DNA from: Bacilli bacterium
GTDB taxonomy: Bacteria > Bacillota_I > Bacilli_A > RFN20 > CAG-826
Reading direction: 5' to 3'
DNA length: 64,000 bases
NCBI GenBank assembly: GCA_024409055.1
Contig: JAKSUL010000002.1
Coordinates: 20,217-84,216 of the forward strand
The notes under the pieces are model-generated. The model was not told the DNA's origin. It saw nothing but the letters and a program-made list of their open reading frames with translations, and searched no databases. Positions 1 to 9,654 of this stretch are shown here, piece after piece. The position numbers and the translations under genes were made by a program. Position 1 is the first letter of the stretch, and each line of letters begins with the position of its first letter.

Positions 1-282
1 TTTAATCGGAAGAGTGAAGTAATAATCCTCATCGCGATACACCATCGATAGATAACCGCGTTGAAGAAGGAGCCTCGTCTGGATTTTCAATCTTTTAGAA
101 CTCATGGAGAGCAGCGATCCGAATAAAGCCTCATTCGCAAAAAACGTGGTTTCTTCGTCCTCTTCGCCATGAAAGATTTTAAGAAGGCCATCTCCGTTAG
201 CGGCCTTCCCTTTTTCTTCTAGAAGATAGATAACCGCCAAGATTTTGCGGTGCATTGTTCTAATCTCGAATCCCGAAGACAT
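1..282 (-). CDS. Hypothetical protein, possibly RQC-like winged-helix; partial, runs off the window edge
   Basis: Manual translation from ATG at 282: MSSGFEIRTMHRKILAVIYLLEEKGKAANGDGLLKIFHGEEDEET...LLQRGYL, no stop before position 1. Not in the ORF track. Family guess from memory only. Confidence 0.45.
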   Translation of the reverse strand, partial: MSSGFEIRTMHRKILAVIYLLEEKGKAANGDGLLKIFHGEEDEETTFFANEALFGSLLSMSSKRLKIQTRLLLQRGYLSMVYRDEDYYFTLPIK

Positions 283-393
283 GGCAACATTATATTGACG
301 AACATTTCTTCGTCTACAAAAACTATAAGTTTTTCGGACATAATTATCGCTTTTGTTGTTTTTACAGAAACACATCATTAGAATAGCGGCGTT

Positions 394-681
394 ATGGATA
401 ATGAACTAATTGAAAAACAAATCGAGGCCACCCTCGATAAAATCCGCCCCTTCCTCCAACGTGATGGGGGCGATATCACTTATATCGGCTTTAAAGACGG
501 CATCGTCTACGTAAAAATGAACGGAGCCTGCGAAGGCTGCGCATATGCCGGGGCTGATATTTCTTCCGGCGTTGAGATCATCCTCATGGAAGAAGTCCCT
601 GGAGTAGTCAAAGTCGAATGCGAGACAATCCCAGCCGACGTCTATCTCGCCTACGAAGAAAGAATCAAAAACAAGAAATAA
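394..681 (+). CDS. NifU/NfuA C-terminal domain Fe-S carrier protein
   Basis: IRPFLQRDGGDI...GACEGC (CxxC) NifU_C signature. Confidence 0.9.
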   Translation: MDNELIEKQIEATLDKIRPFLQRDGGDITYIGFKDGIVYVKMNGACEGCAYAGADISSGVEIILMEEVPGVVKVECETIPADVYLAYEERIKNKK

Positions 682-713
682 AAAAGCCCGCCGAATTGGC
701 GGGTTTTCTTTTT
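682..713. terminator. Bidirectional intrinsic terminator
   Basis: AAAAAGCCCGCC-GAATT-GGCGGGTTTT between convergent genes. Confidence 0.8.
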
Positions 714-719
714 CTCGAA

Positions 720-956
720 TTAGTCGAGGAACCAAACAGACGGCCTTCCGTTCTTGATGACGCAGATAAGGTCAAGAATGAATCCGACCGGCCAAGAAAG
801 AATGAAGAGGATGATGGTGTAAACAAAGTTTCTGCCGAAATCCTTGGCTAAGATGCACTTGAACACACGGTAGACGGTGTAGATGGGATCAATGATGCAG
901 AAGATGATTTTGAGGACGAGGCTAGTTTCGTCCATCCACTTGGTGAAACCTTCCAT
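720..956 (-). CDS. Small integral membrane protein
   Basis: Two hydrophobic stretches; start reassigned to MEGFTKWMDE (ATG at 956). Confidence 0.65.
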   Translation of the reverse strand: MEGFTKWMDETSLVLKIIFCIIDPIYTVYRVFKCILAKDFGRNFVYTIILFILSWPVGFILDLICVIKNGRPSVWFLD

Positions 957-1000
957 TTTAAGCAAATTTCCTTTCCGGTTATTAAGATACACTATTTTTA

Positions 1001-1780
1001 CTAAAATAAGAAATTTTCTTTTCGATTCGCGAGAATATATCCTTCGCGGTTATACGGGTCCTCGCGGTTATAGGAATATGGGGTTCCGTCGGGCTTAAGC
1101 ATAATCCCACCCGCCTCGGTTAAAATGACGTCTCCGGCAGCAACATCCCACTCCTTCGTGGAAGAGGACATACGGTATGAGATCTCCGCACTTCCGTCGG
1201 CGATTTTGCAGAATTTTATCGCGGCTCCTCTTGTCTCTTGGTGCTTTATGACGTCGCTATGCTTTTCGATTAAGGTTACCTCCTTCGGATTTAGGAAGCT
1301 CCTAGACTTCAAAACAGTTAGATCTTCAAGTTTATCGTTGGTATGAATCGGTGTACGTATCCCGTCTTTTTCCAAAACGAAGGCGCCTTGGCCTTTGATA
1401 GCGCAATAAGTGACACCCCATGTCGGGATGTTAATGACGCCGACGACAACTACATGGTCGACCGCCAAAGCGATGTTCGTGGTGAATTCCCCATTTTTGG
1501 AAACGAATTCTTTCGTTCCATCGACCGGGTCGACAATGAAGATGGCTTTTTTGGAGAGTCTTTCTTTTGTGTCGGTGCTTTCTTCCGTCAAAAAACCATA
1601 TTCAGGGAAGGCTTTGCTCAATATATCGACGATCATGGCATCGGCCGCTTTGTCGGCGGCTGTAACCGGAGAATTATCCGATTTGATCTCGACCGGAAAG
1701 TCTGTGTTGTAGATTTCCAATATCTTTTTTTCGGCCTCTTTAGCGGCCTTAATCATCATTTCTAATTCTTTTTCGTACAT
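1001..1780 (-). CDS. cysQ: 3'(2'),5'-bisphosphate nucleotidase CysQ / inositol monophosphatase family
   Basis: SPVTAAD, TEE, IVDPVDGTKEF and EWDVAAG motifs. Confidence 0.85.
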   Translation of the reverse strand: MYEKELEMMIKAAKEAEKKILEIYNTDFPVEIKSDNSPVTAADKAADAMIVDILSKAFPEYGFLTEESTDTKERLSKKAIFIVDPVDGTKEFVSKNGEFTTNIALAVDHVVVVGVINIPTWGVTYCAIKGQGAFVLEKDGIRTPIHTNDKLEDLTVLKSRSFLNPKEVTLIEKHSDVIKHQETRGAAIKFCKIADGSAEISYRMSSSTKEWDVAAGDVILTEAGGIMLKPDGTPYSYNREDPYNREGYILANRKENFLF

Positions 1781-2733
1781 AGAGTGTCCTCAACCTTCGC
1801 GTGTTCGTTCATATCATCGACTATCTTTTGATAGTCGTCCACATTTTTCGAACATTGGCATCCGGCTGCATGGGCGTGTCCACCACCATGATATTTAGCG
1901 GCAATGGGCTGAACGTAATATCCATCAACGGAACGAAGTTCAACCCTCATGGTTCCATCAGGCATCTCGGCGAAAAGAATATGCATTGGAGCCAACCCCA
2001 TTAAGGCGTTCACTTTGCTGGAGCCAACATCGTAAGTTATCCCAAACTTTTCGTAGTCCTCCATCGTCACGACGCTATAAGCGACCTCGCGATCGATAAT
2101 CGCATTCTTACGCAACCACTTTAAATATTTTTCCATCACCGGATCTCTTGGATAAAGGATGGCGTTCATCTCTTTTTCGCTACATCCGTATTTCTTCAAA
2201 AGGCGGCGAATCTTATATGTATGGTCGGTGACTCCCGAAAATTTGAATCTTCCGGAATCGGTCACTATTCCGGCATAAATGGCTTCAGCGGCTTTCTTAT
2301 TGATGGGCCATTTATTTTCTATCGCCATATCGGCAATCATTTCAGCACAGGCGATTTTAGAAGGGTCGACCCAGTTATCCCAATCGAAATCTTCGCCTTC
2401 ATTAGCCTCGTGATGATCAATCTTGACCCAGGCCTTGCAGAGGAAGACGCGAGGATCCTCCACTCTTCTCAAACAAGAAACATCGACAAGAATGCCAAGG
2501 GATTCTTTGATGGTTTCTTCATCGATTTCGTCCATGTGGCCAATTCTATCGAGAGCCTTTTTATATCCGCTTCCTATCGCGTATACCTTTTTATTAGGAA
2601 AAGCGTCGGAAATGATGTTTTTCAAAGCCATTTGGCAACCATAGCAGTCACCATCGGGCATAGTGTGGCCCCAGACGGTAATGACATCGTGTTTTCTGAT
2701 GAGCTCGGTGATTTTTTTCGCTTCTTCGTTCAT
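1762..2733 (-). CDS. nrnA: DHH/DHHA1 phosphoesterase (NrnA-like oligoribonuclease/pAp phosphatase)
   Basis: HTMPDGDC, IDHH, GIVTDSGRF and GGGHAHAAG motifs. Confidence 0.85.
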   Translation of the reverse strand: MNEEAKKITELIRKHDVITVWGHTMPDGDCYGCQMALKNIISDAFPNKKVYAIGSGYKKALDRIGHMDEIDEETIKESLGILVDVSCLRRVEDPRVFLCKAWVKIDHHEANEGEDFDWDNWVDPSKIACAEMIADMAIENKWPINKKAAEAIYAGIVTDSGRFKFSGVTDHTYKIRRLLKKYGCSEKEMNAILYPRDPVMEKYLKWLRKNAIIDREVAYSVVTMEDYEKFGITYDVGSSKVNALMGLAPMHILFAEMPDGTMRVELRSVDGYYVQPIAAKYHGGGHAHAAGCQCSKNVDDYQKIVDDMNEHAKVEDTLCTKKN

Positions 2734-2817
2734 AAAGTCGATTACTATACCACCTTTTTGGAAAAAACAAAAAGAGGCACGTTTATAAACGGCCTCTTTA
2801 GTTGGAAATGTCTTGGA

Positions 2818-3237
2818 TTAATATCCGTTGTTCTCGTTCTTGAGACCAAGGATGGAGGAGACGTCTTCTCCCTTTTCTTCTTCGGAGACGTCTTCGCCTT
2901 CTTCGGAAGTTTTTTCTTCGCCTTCTTCTTCGTCGTCGTACTCTTCGTCGGCTTCGGAGATGGATTCGTTGGTGTAAGCGCCATTGATCTGCTGAACGGC
3001 TTCGATTTCCTCACGGGTGTGTCTCTTGCGAAGATCCCAGACGGAATCCTTGACGGAGACGAAGCGACCATCGAGGGTGAGGTCGGTGTAAAGCTGTCCA
3101 ATTCTGGAAGCGGCTTCCTCGTCGGTGATTTCGAGCTCGGCTTTAACAGCGGCCCAAAGTTCGGCATAGGAGAGACCGTTGGTGGCTTTTTCGACGATCT
3201 CGTAGGCGACGTCGATCATACTTTTTTTGGTATTCAT
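2818..3237 (-). CDS. rpoE: RNA polymerase delta subunit
   Basis: SMIDVAY, LYTDLTLDGRF..W.LR, acidic C-terminal tail. Confidence 0.9.
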   Translation of the reverse strand: MNTKKSMIDVAYEIVEKATNGLSYAELWAAVKAELEITDEEAASRIGQLYTDLTLDGRFVSVKDSVWDLRKRHTREEIEAVQQINGAYTNESISEADEEYDDEEEGEEKTSEEGEDVSEEEKGEDVSSILGLKNENNGY

Positions 3238-3252
3238 GGTTTGTTTCCTTTC

Positions 3253-4875
3253 TTACATCTTTTCCGGAGCGCTGACGCCAAGGAGCCTCAAACCGTTCTT
3301 GATGACGATTTTGCAGGCTTTGACGAGGGCGAGCCTCGATGATGTTACTTCGATATTGTTGCGATCGATAATGCGGCAGCTGGCATAGAACTCATGGATG
3401 AGTCCAGCGAGTTTTTGAATGTAGGCAGCCACTTTATATGGAGCCCGGCTTGTAGCCGCGCCCTCTATCATACTCGGAAATTCGGCTAGATGCTTGAGGA
3501 TTTGCATTTCGCTCTCTTCTTTTAAGGCCGTTGCCTTCGGATCAAGGGCAATATCATCGGCCAAATTAAGGAGTGAACAGCATCTTGCATGAGCGTATTG
3601 AGCGTAGTAGACAGGGTTCTGTGAGCTTTGCTCAGTTGCCAAATTGAAGTTGAAGTCCAAGTGAGCGGAGGCGCTTCTTTCAACGAAGAAGTATCTGACC
3701 GCGTCGATTCCAACGTCTTCGACAAGTTCACGGTGAGTGATGGATTTACCGGTTCTCTTCGACATCCTGACTTCCTCGCCATCTTTGAAGACTCTGACGA
3801 TTTGGACAAGTTCGACGGCAAGAGAGTCTGCGCTGTAGCCCTTCATCATAAGGGCCGACTTCATACGATTGATGTATCCGTGGTGATCGGCGCCAAGAAC
3901 ATCGATCAATTCGTCGAATCCACGGCTCATCTTATCGTAGTGATAGCAGATGTCCGGCATGAAGTATGTGTATTGACCGTTGCTCTTTACGATTGGACGG
4001 TCTTTGTCGTCCAAGAAGTCACTAGTTTTCAAATAGGTGGCGCCTTCTTGAACGTAGGTATGCGGTTTTAAGAACTCAAGGGTTGATTCGATGGTCCCAC
4101 CTTTACGAATGTCGGATTCGTAGGAGAACTTATCGAAGCGGACGCGGAAGGCATCCATGTCAGCCCTTATCTTGGCAAGCTCAGCATCAATGCCAAACCT
4201 TTTGAAGAAAGCGGCGGATTCCTCGTTATCGACGAGGTACTTGTCACCATACTTCTCTTTGATTTGCTCGGCAAGCGCGATAAGGTCGCGGCCATGGTAA
4301 TCGTCTTCTCCAAGAACAAGAGGTTCTCCAAAGGCTTCGTGGTAACGGGCTCTAAGAGATGTTCCTAAATGCTCGATTTGGTTTCCGCAGTCGTTGACAT
4401 AATATTCGCGGCAGACATCATAACCAGCCGCTTCGTATAGATTGCAGATGGAATCTCCAACCGCGGCGATTCTAGTGTGTCCTAAATGGAGATCGCCGGT
4501 CGGGTTTGCCGAGACGAATTCAACGTTGATTTTCTTTCCTTTTGGAGATCCTTTTCCGAACGCGTCGCCTTCATTAATGACTCTTTCGACGATTCCAGTG
4601 AGTTTTTCCTGGGTGAGGAAGAAGTTAATGAATCCAGGACCAGCGATTTCGATTTTCTCAATATGCTCGTTCTTGATGTTATCGGACAAATATTGGGCCA
4701 CTTCGCGCGGATTCTTTCCTAGACGCTTGGCGTTTTTTAGAGCCACGTTGGTGGCGTAATCGCCGTGAGCCGGGTCCTTGCTGTGCTCGATGACAACATC
4801 GTTTTCAACGAGTTCTAAGCCTAAACCCTTGGCGGCTTCGATGATGGCCAATTTGAGGATTTTCTCATTTTCCAT
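3253..4875 (-). CDS. argS: Arginine--tRNA ligase
   Basis: VEFVSANPTGDLHLGH (HIGH-like), MSKRTG, YAQYAHAR. Confidence 0.97.
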   Translation of the reverse strand: MENEKILKLAIIEAAKGLGLELVENDVVIEHSKDPAHGDYATNVALKNAKRLGKNPREVAQYLSDNIKNEHIEKIEIAGPGFINFFLTQEKLTGIVERVINEGDAFGKGSPKGKKINVEFVSANPTGDLHLGHTRIAAVGDSICNLYEAAGYDVCREYYVNDCGNQIEHLGTSLRARYHEAFGEPLVLGEDDYHGRDLIALAEQIKEKYGDKYLVDNEESAAFFKRFGIDAELAKIRADMDAFRVRFDKFSYESDIRKGGTIESTLEFLKPHTYVQEGATYLKTSDFLDDKDRPIVKSNGQYTYFMPDICYHYDKMSRGFDELIDVLGADHHGYINRMKSALMMKGYSADSLAVELVQIVRVFKDGEEVRMSKRTGKSITHRELVEDVGIDAVRYFFVERSASAHLDFNFNLATEQSSQNPVYYAQYAHARCCSLLNLADDIALDPKATALKEESEMQILKHLAEFPSMIEGAATSRAPYKVAAYIQKLAGLIHEFYASCRIIDRNNIEVTSSRLALVKACKIVIKNGLRLLGVSAPEKM

Positions 4876-4879
4876 GCAA

Positions 4880-5359
4880 TCACTCCTTTGTAACGACCGC
4901 CACGGCGATCGCTTTAATAGCTTTTCCTTCCCCTATTTCACCAAGGCCTTCGTTGGTCATGGCTTTAACCGAGACGTCTTCGACACCGCATTCCAATGTC
5001 TTTGCGATGTTTTCCCTCATTGCGGGGATGTGTTTCATGAGGTGAGGTTTTTCACAGATTATCGAGACATCGATGTTCGATAAACGATATCCGTGTTCTT
5101 TAACTTTGTTAATGGCGAATTTGGCGATGATGGACGAATCCATGCCTTCGCATTTAGGATCATCGGTCCTGAAATGAACCCCGATGTCTCCTTCCGCCAC
5201 GCTTCCTAATAGGCAGTCGGCGATAGCGTGATAAACAACGTCGGCATCGCTATGTCCTAATAATCCTTTCTCAAACGGCAATTTCACGCCGGCAAGAATC
5301 AAGTCGCGGCCCTCCACTAGCAAGTGGATGTCTTCGCCATATCCTATGCGGACGCTCAT
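4880..5359 (-). CDS. ispF: 2-C-methyl-D-erythritol 2,4-cyclodiphosphate synthase
   Basis: RIGYGEDIH, GHSDADVVYHAIAD, KAMTNEGLG; ends in TGA. Confidence 0.95.
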   Translation of the reverse strand: MSVRIGYGEDIHLLVEGRDLILAGVKLPFEKGLLGHSDADVVYHAIADCLLGSVAEGDIGVHFRTDDPKCEGMDSSIIAKFAINKVKEHGYRLSNIDVSIICEKPHLMKHIPAMRENIAKTLECGVEDVSVKAMTNEGLGEIGEGKAIKAIAVAVVTKE

Positions 5360-6465
5360 ACGTTGAACCTGAAGAAGACGACGTCCCCGTCTTTCATCAA
5401 GTAATCCTTTCCTTCCATACGAAGTTTTCCGGCTTCTTTAACGGCGACTTCAGAACCAAGGCGTCTTAATTCTTCAAAGTCGTAGACTTCGGCTTTGATG
5501 AAGCCTTTTTGGAAATCGGTGTGAATAACGCCCGCGCATTCAGGGGCGGTCATGCCGTTGCTGAAGGTCCAGGCACGGCATTCATCGGTTCCGCAGGTGA
5601 AGAAGGTTGAGAGGTTAAGAAGACGGTAGGCCGCCTTAACAAGCTTATCCAACCCGGATTCAGTGGCGCCGAGTTCAGACAAGAACTCTTGTCTATCTTC
5701 TTTGCCGAGTTCAGAGAGCTGATATTCGATTTCGCAGGAAACCGGAATGCACTGAGCTCCTTCGCTCTCGGCGATTTTCTTAACGGTCTGGTAATGAGCG
5801 CAGCCATCCAAATTCATGTAGTCGGTATCAGCGACGTTAGCGACATAGATGATTGGCTTCATCGTGAGAAGGAAGAAGTTCTTCCTGGCGTATTCGATTT
5901 GTTCGCCAGTCAATCCCTTGACCAAACGGGCCGGAAGGCCTTGATCGAGAATTTCTTTTAACGGCTTAAGAATCGCCATTTCATACATGGCGACTTTATC
6001 TTTGGCAACACGGGCTTTGACCTCTTGTTTTCCGATGCGGTTATTGACCGAATCAAGATCGCTCATCGCAAGCTCAAGGTTGATGGTCTCGATGTCGCGG
6101 GCCGGATCGACCGTGTTATCGACGTGAACGATTTCGTTGGATTCGAAGCAACGGACGACTTCGCAAATGGCGTCGCATTCCCTGATGGCGGCCAAGAATT
6201 GGTTTCCTAAGCCTTCGCCTTTGGATGCCCCTCTAACTAGACCTGCGATATCGTAGAACTCAAAAGTTGCATTAATGGTCTTTCCTGGATGGAACATGTT
6301 GGTGAGGAAATCGAGTCTCTCATCCGGAACGATAACGATGCCCGTATTGGGCTTAATGGTAGCGAAGGGGTAGTTGGCCGCTTCGACATGGCTATTCGTG
6401 ATAGCGTTGAACAACGTGGACTTTCCAACGTTTGGAAGTCCGACAATACCTGCTTTTAATGACAT
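5356..6465 (-). CDS. ychF: Redox-regulated ATPase YchF
   Basis: [33 protein letters not shown]; start reassigned to MSLKAG. Confidence 0.97.
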   Translation of the reverse strand: MSLKAGIVGLPNVGKSTLFNAITNSHVEAANYPFATIKPNTGIVIVPDERLDFLTNMFHPGKTINATFEFYDIAGLVRGASKGEGLGNQFLAAIRECDAICEVVRCFESNEIVHVDNTVDPARDIETINLELAMSDLDSVNNRIGKQEVKARVAKDKVAMYEMAILKPLKEILDQGLPARLVKGLTGEQIEYARKNFFLLTMKPIIYVANVADTDYMNLDGCAHYQTVKKIAESEGAQCIPVSCEIEYQLSELGKEDRQEFLSELGATESGLDKLVKAAYRLLNLSTFFTCGTDECRAWTFSNGMTAPECAGVIHTDFQKGFIKAEVYDFEELRRLGSEVAVKEAGKLRMEGKDYLMKDGDVVFFRFNV

Positions 6466-6572
6466 AAACAATTCTTTCTCTATGAAATGCATTGAGATTT
6501 TATCTCAAAGAGAAGATTAATTAAACAAAAGAAAAAGCCTCACGTTTAGGCGAGGCTAGAAGCTCCTGACAA

Positions 6573-6773
6573 TTAGTCGATCTTCTTGATGTTCATGGCA
6601 CGCGGACCACGCTCGGACTTCTCAATTTCGAATTCGACATGTTCGCCGGCTTCGGCAGACTTGTATCCGTCCATGAGAAGAGCAGAATAATGGAAAAAGT
6701 AGTCAGTTCCGTCTTCACCATGGATGAAGCCGTAGCCTTTTTCCTTATTGAACATTTTGATTGTTCCCTTCAT
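6573..6773 (-). CDS. Cold-shock protein
   Basis: KMFNKEKGYGFI (RNP1), FFHYSAL (RNP2). Confidence 0.95.
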   Translation of the reverse strand: MKGTIKMFNKEKGYGFIHGEDGTDYFFHYSALLMDGYKSAEAGEHVEFEIEKSERGPRAMNIKKID

Positions 6774-6870
6774 TGACTCCTAACCTTCCTAGTTCGCCAC
6801 CATAAACAGATTGGCTTACTGCGATTACTATAAATCATGATTAAGTTTTGGAAAATATTTTTTTCATTAC

Positions 6871-9654
6871 TTACAAAATTGTTTTTCTATTACATAGCCA
6901 TATGAAAATTGTTGTTATCAAGAACGAAGACAAAGCAAAAATTGACATTACGGCAAAAGGTGGCCACGAAATCGTAAATGCCGACGTGGACAAAAAGCTA
7001 GCACCTATATATAGGTGAATTACATATTCGGAAAGGATCATAGCCAAGCAAGATTCAGTGAAAGCCAAGAAGATAAACAAGAAGGCTTGCGAACAATAAC
7101 TGCGGATTATGTCTTTTCTAGAAATTCCAACAACATAGAGCAAAGAAGCCTCTTTTTTGTTCTCGGATATGAAAACAATGACAACAACTATGAAAAGAAG
7201 GACGCTAATTGAAAGTGCAATGAAAGAAAACGACGACAAAATTACAGAAACATATCCAATTGTCGACTCAATAGAAGAAGAGACCGATTCGCTTGGATCG
7301 CTAAAGCGAAACTGAGGAAAATCCTGGCTCAAATGTCTGATTATTTGTTCCTTGTTCACCCCGTCAAACAAAGTAACCAATCCGCCCGTCGGTTCCAACG
7401 TAAAGGCCGACATTCCTAGTCCGAGCAAAAAGAAATCGACGCTCCAATAATCATCAACCTCCAAGCCAAGGCGATCGTTATCAACAACCCCCACCACTTT
7501 TACTTTCGTCGTCGAAAAAGACCTCTCTAAATAATGGCCCACCATCTTTTCGCTGACTTGGCCCGCTATTGAAAGTTCTTTGATCGGCCCTATTTTATCC
7601 GCCAAGCCTTTGGTTATGGCCACTTCGTCAATACCAGAAGGATATCGACCTTCCAAAACTTTATGAGCGGAAGGATAAATCTTTAGCCCACCACTTGAGG
7701 CCTTTATGTAATTGGCGTCAAAGCAATCGGGAGGAATTTCAAATTCTAAAGAAGCGTCTTCTTCCTTAACCCTGGAATATGAGTCTATTACCGTGCTGAT
7801 CGATTCCTCGTTCGGGGAGACGAAAAACTTTAAAGCGGTTCCGCTTAATAAAGAAGAAGGCATCGAAATATAGGATGACGTTGTTAAAGGCATGACTTTC
7901 CCATATTTTTCTAGCGAAGACGAAACCTGGTCGATATTTTTGAAAGGGACCGTGTATTTGTCGGCGATATAGGCATATAGCCTCTTCGAATCGCAGCTTT
8001 CTCCTAAAGGGCATGAGGTATTGTTGAACTCATAAGAATCGCAAAGAAAAACCATATTGATCGTTGATTCATCTTTTCTCAGGGTTTGGAGAAGATCTCT
8101 TCTGTCGCTTCGAGAAGATAAATAATGGACTTTGTTCATCACCCAAGGAAGAGAAGTCTCTTTATGGTCGGAGGCCGGGAAACGCATCTGCTCCTCGAAC
8201 ATATATGTAGTCCAATGATGGTTGAGGTGATAAAAGCATGGTGACGTCGAGGCAGTCACGGCGACGATGTTTAACATCTGTTCATCCTCATACCCCCATG
8301 AATAGTTAGCTAAAGAGAAAACTCCCTTTAGGCCGTGTTGAACAATGTAATTTCCTAGCGACTCATAATTCCTGAGTATCTGAAGTCCGAAGCAAAGATT
8401 GAACATCGCCGAATAGGGAAGGCCTAAAACAACTTGATCATCCTCCATCACTTTCGGACGAGAAGGAAAATAGGTGAGATTCTCGTAATCATCTAACCAC
8501 AGATAATCGTTGATGCTCCTAATCGAAAATGAAGGAAGCACGATTTTTGAGACGCCACGCATCACGAAAAATTCATTTGAATCGACATAGTATTCCTCGA
8601 AATTAACGGGGTATGAGGTTCCGTAATCTTCGACCAAATCTTTATGGGCGAAGGCAAGGTCACTGACCGATTCCAAGGGTGCACTATAAATATGATCTAT
8701 GGGATTCGTCGATGGATTTGGTTTGGAAAAATGAATCTGATTGGTCTCGACAATAGAAGAAAAGGCGCTCGACATTTCACTAGAAATAGAATTGGAGACG
8801 TATGTTGATAGACCTAACCCAAGTATTCCGATCGCGATGGATGTTTCCGAAATGGCGGTTCTAATCTTCTTGGCTCGCATAAGTCTCCAGGCGTGCCCTA
8901 ATAAGAAAAACGAAGATAGACGTGGCGTCTCTTTGTTTCTATTCGGTGAGACCGTTTGCACGTCGGCGTTTTCTTTTTCTTGCTCGACTTGTTCGACTTC
9001 GGCTTTCCCGTCTTTGATTCTTATCAAGCAGTCTGCAAAACGAGAAACCAAAGGCTCATCGTGAGACACGACGATAACGAGTTTTCTTTTCGAAAGAGAT
9101 TTTAGAAGGCGAAAAACCAAATCGCCGTTTTTCTCATCCAAAGCCCCGCTGGGCTCATCGGCCAAAATGACGTTTGGGTCATTAATCAACGCCCTGCACA
9201 AAGCCACTCTCTGCTTCTCACCGCCTGATAAAAGAGACACTTTGGCATTGGCTTTATCTTTTAATCCGACAAAAGTTAATAAATCTAGAGCTCTTTTTCT
9301 TTTCAAATAGGAGGATCCGCTCACTAGCGCATCACAAGGAAAACAAACATTGGCCAATACGGTTTCTAGTTCCAAAAGGCGAAAATCCTGAAACACGTAT
9401 CCGATGTGCTTTAAGCGAAACTCCAACCGTTTCTTCTCTTTTTGCTCCTTTAAACATTTGGAGCCTATCGTGCATTTTCCTTCATACGAAACGTCTAAAC
9501 CGGCCAAGATATTGAGCAAAGTGCTTTTGCCTGAGCCAGAATGCCCCACAATGGCAAAAAGCCCGTTCCGAGGGAAAGATAGATTGACGTTATCTAGGAC
9601 TTTTTGAGAGGCAAAACGCCTCGAAACGGAAGAAATCTTTATCAAATCATTCAT
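6871..9654 (-). CDS. ABC transporter, fused ATPase-permease (MacB/FtsX type)
   Basis: GHSGSGKS Walker A, LSGGEKQR, ILADEP, one TM, large extramembrane domain, C-terminal TM bundle. Confidence 0.85.
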   Translation of the reverse strand: MNDLIKISSVSRRFASQKVLDNVNLSFPRNGLFAIVGHSGSGKSTLLNILAGLDVSYEGKCTIGSKCLKEQKEKKRLEFRLKHIGYVFQDFRLLELETVLANVCFPCDALVSGSSYLKRKRALDLLTFVGLKDKANAKVSLLSGGEKQRVALCRALINDPNVILADEPSGALDEKNGDLVFRLLKSLSKRKLVIVVSHDEPLVSRFADCLIRIKDGKAEVEQVEQEKENADVQTVSPNRNKETPRLSSFFLLGHAWRLMRAKKIRTAISETSIAIGILGLGLSTYVSNSISSEMSSAFSSIVETNQIHFSKPNPSTNPIDHIYSAPLESVSDLAFAHKDLVEDYGTSYPVNFEEYYVDSNEFFVMRGVSKIVLPSFSIRSINDYLWLDDYENLTYFPSRPKVMEDDQVVLGLPYSAMFNLCFGLQILRNYESLGNYIVQHGLKGVFSLANYSWGYEDEQMLNIVAVTASTSPCFYHLNHHWTTYMFEEQMRFPASDHKETSLPWVMNKVHYLSSRSDRRDLLQTLRKDESTINMVFLCDSYEFNNTSCPLGESCDSKRLYAYIADKYTVPFKNIDQVSSSLEKYGKVMPLTTSSYISMPSSLLSGTALKFFVSPNEESISTVIDSYSRVKEEDASLEFEIPPDCFDANYIKASSGGLKIYPSAHKVLEGRYPSGIDEVAITKGLADKIGPIKELSIAGQVSEKMVGHYLERSFSTTKVKVVGVVDNDRLGLEVDDYWSVDFFLLGLGMSAFTLEPTGGLVTLFDGVNKEQIIRHLSQDFPQFRFSDPSESVSSSIESTIGYVSVILSSFSFIALSISVLLFIVVVIVFISENKKEASLLYVVGISRKDIIRSYCSQAFLFIFLAFTESCLAMILSEYVIHLYIGASFLSTSAFTISWPPFAVMSIFALSSFLITTIFIWLCNRKTIL

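Noticed and set aside
2221-3342. 373-aa plus-strand ORF and similar long antisense ORFs (e.g. 18824-19348, 20046-20693, 24516-25067, 39220-39822)
   Set aside because: They lie opposite well-supported genes and are shadows of biased codon usage; no SD or domain motifs
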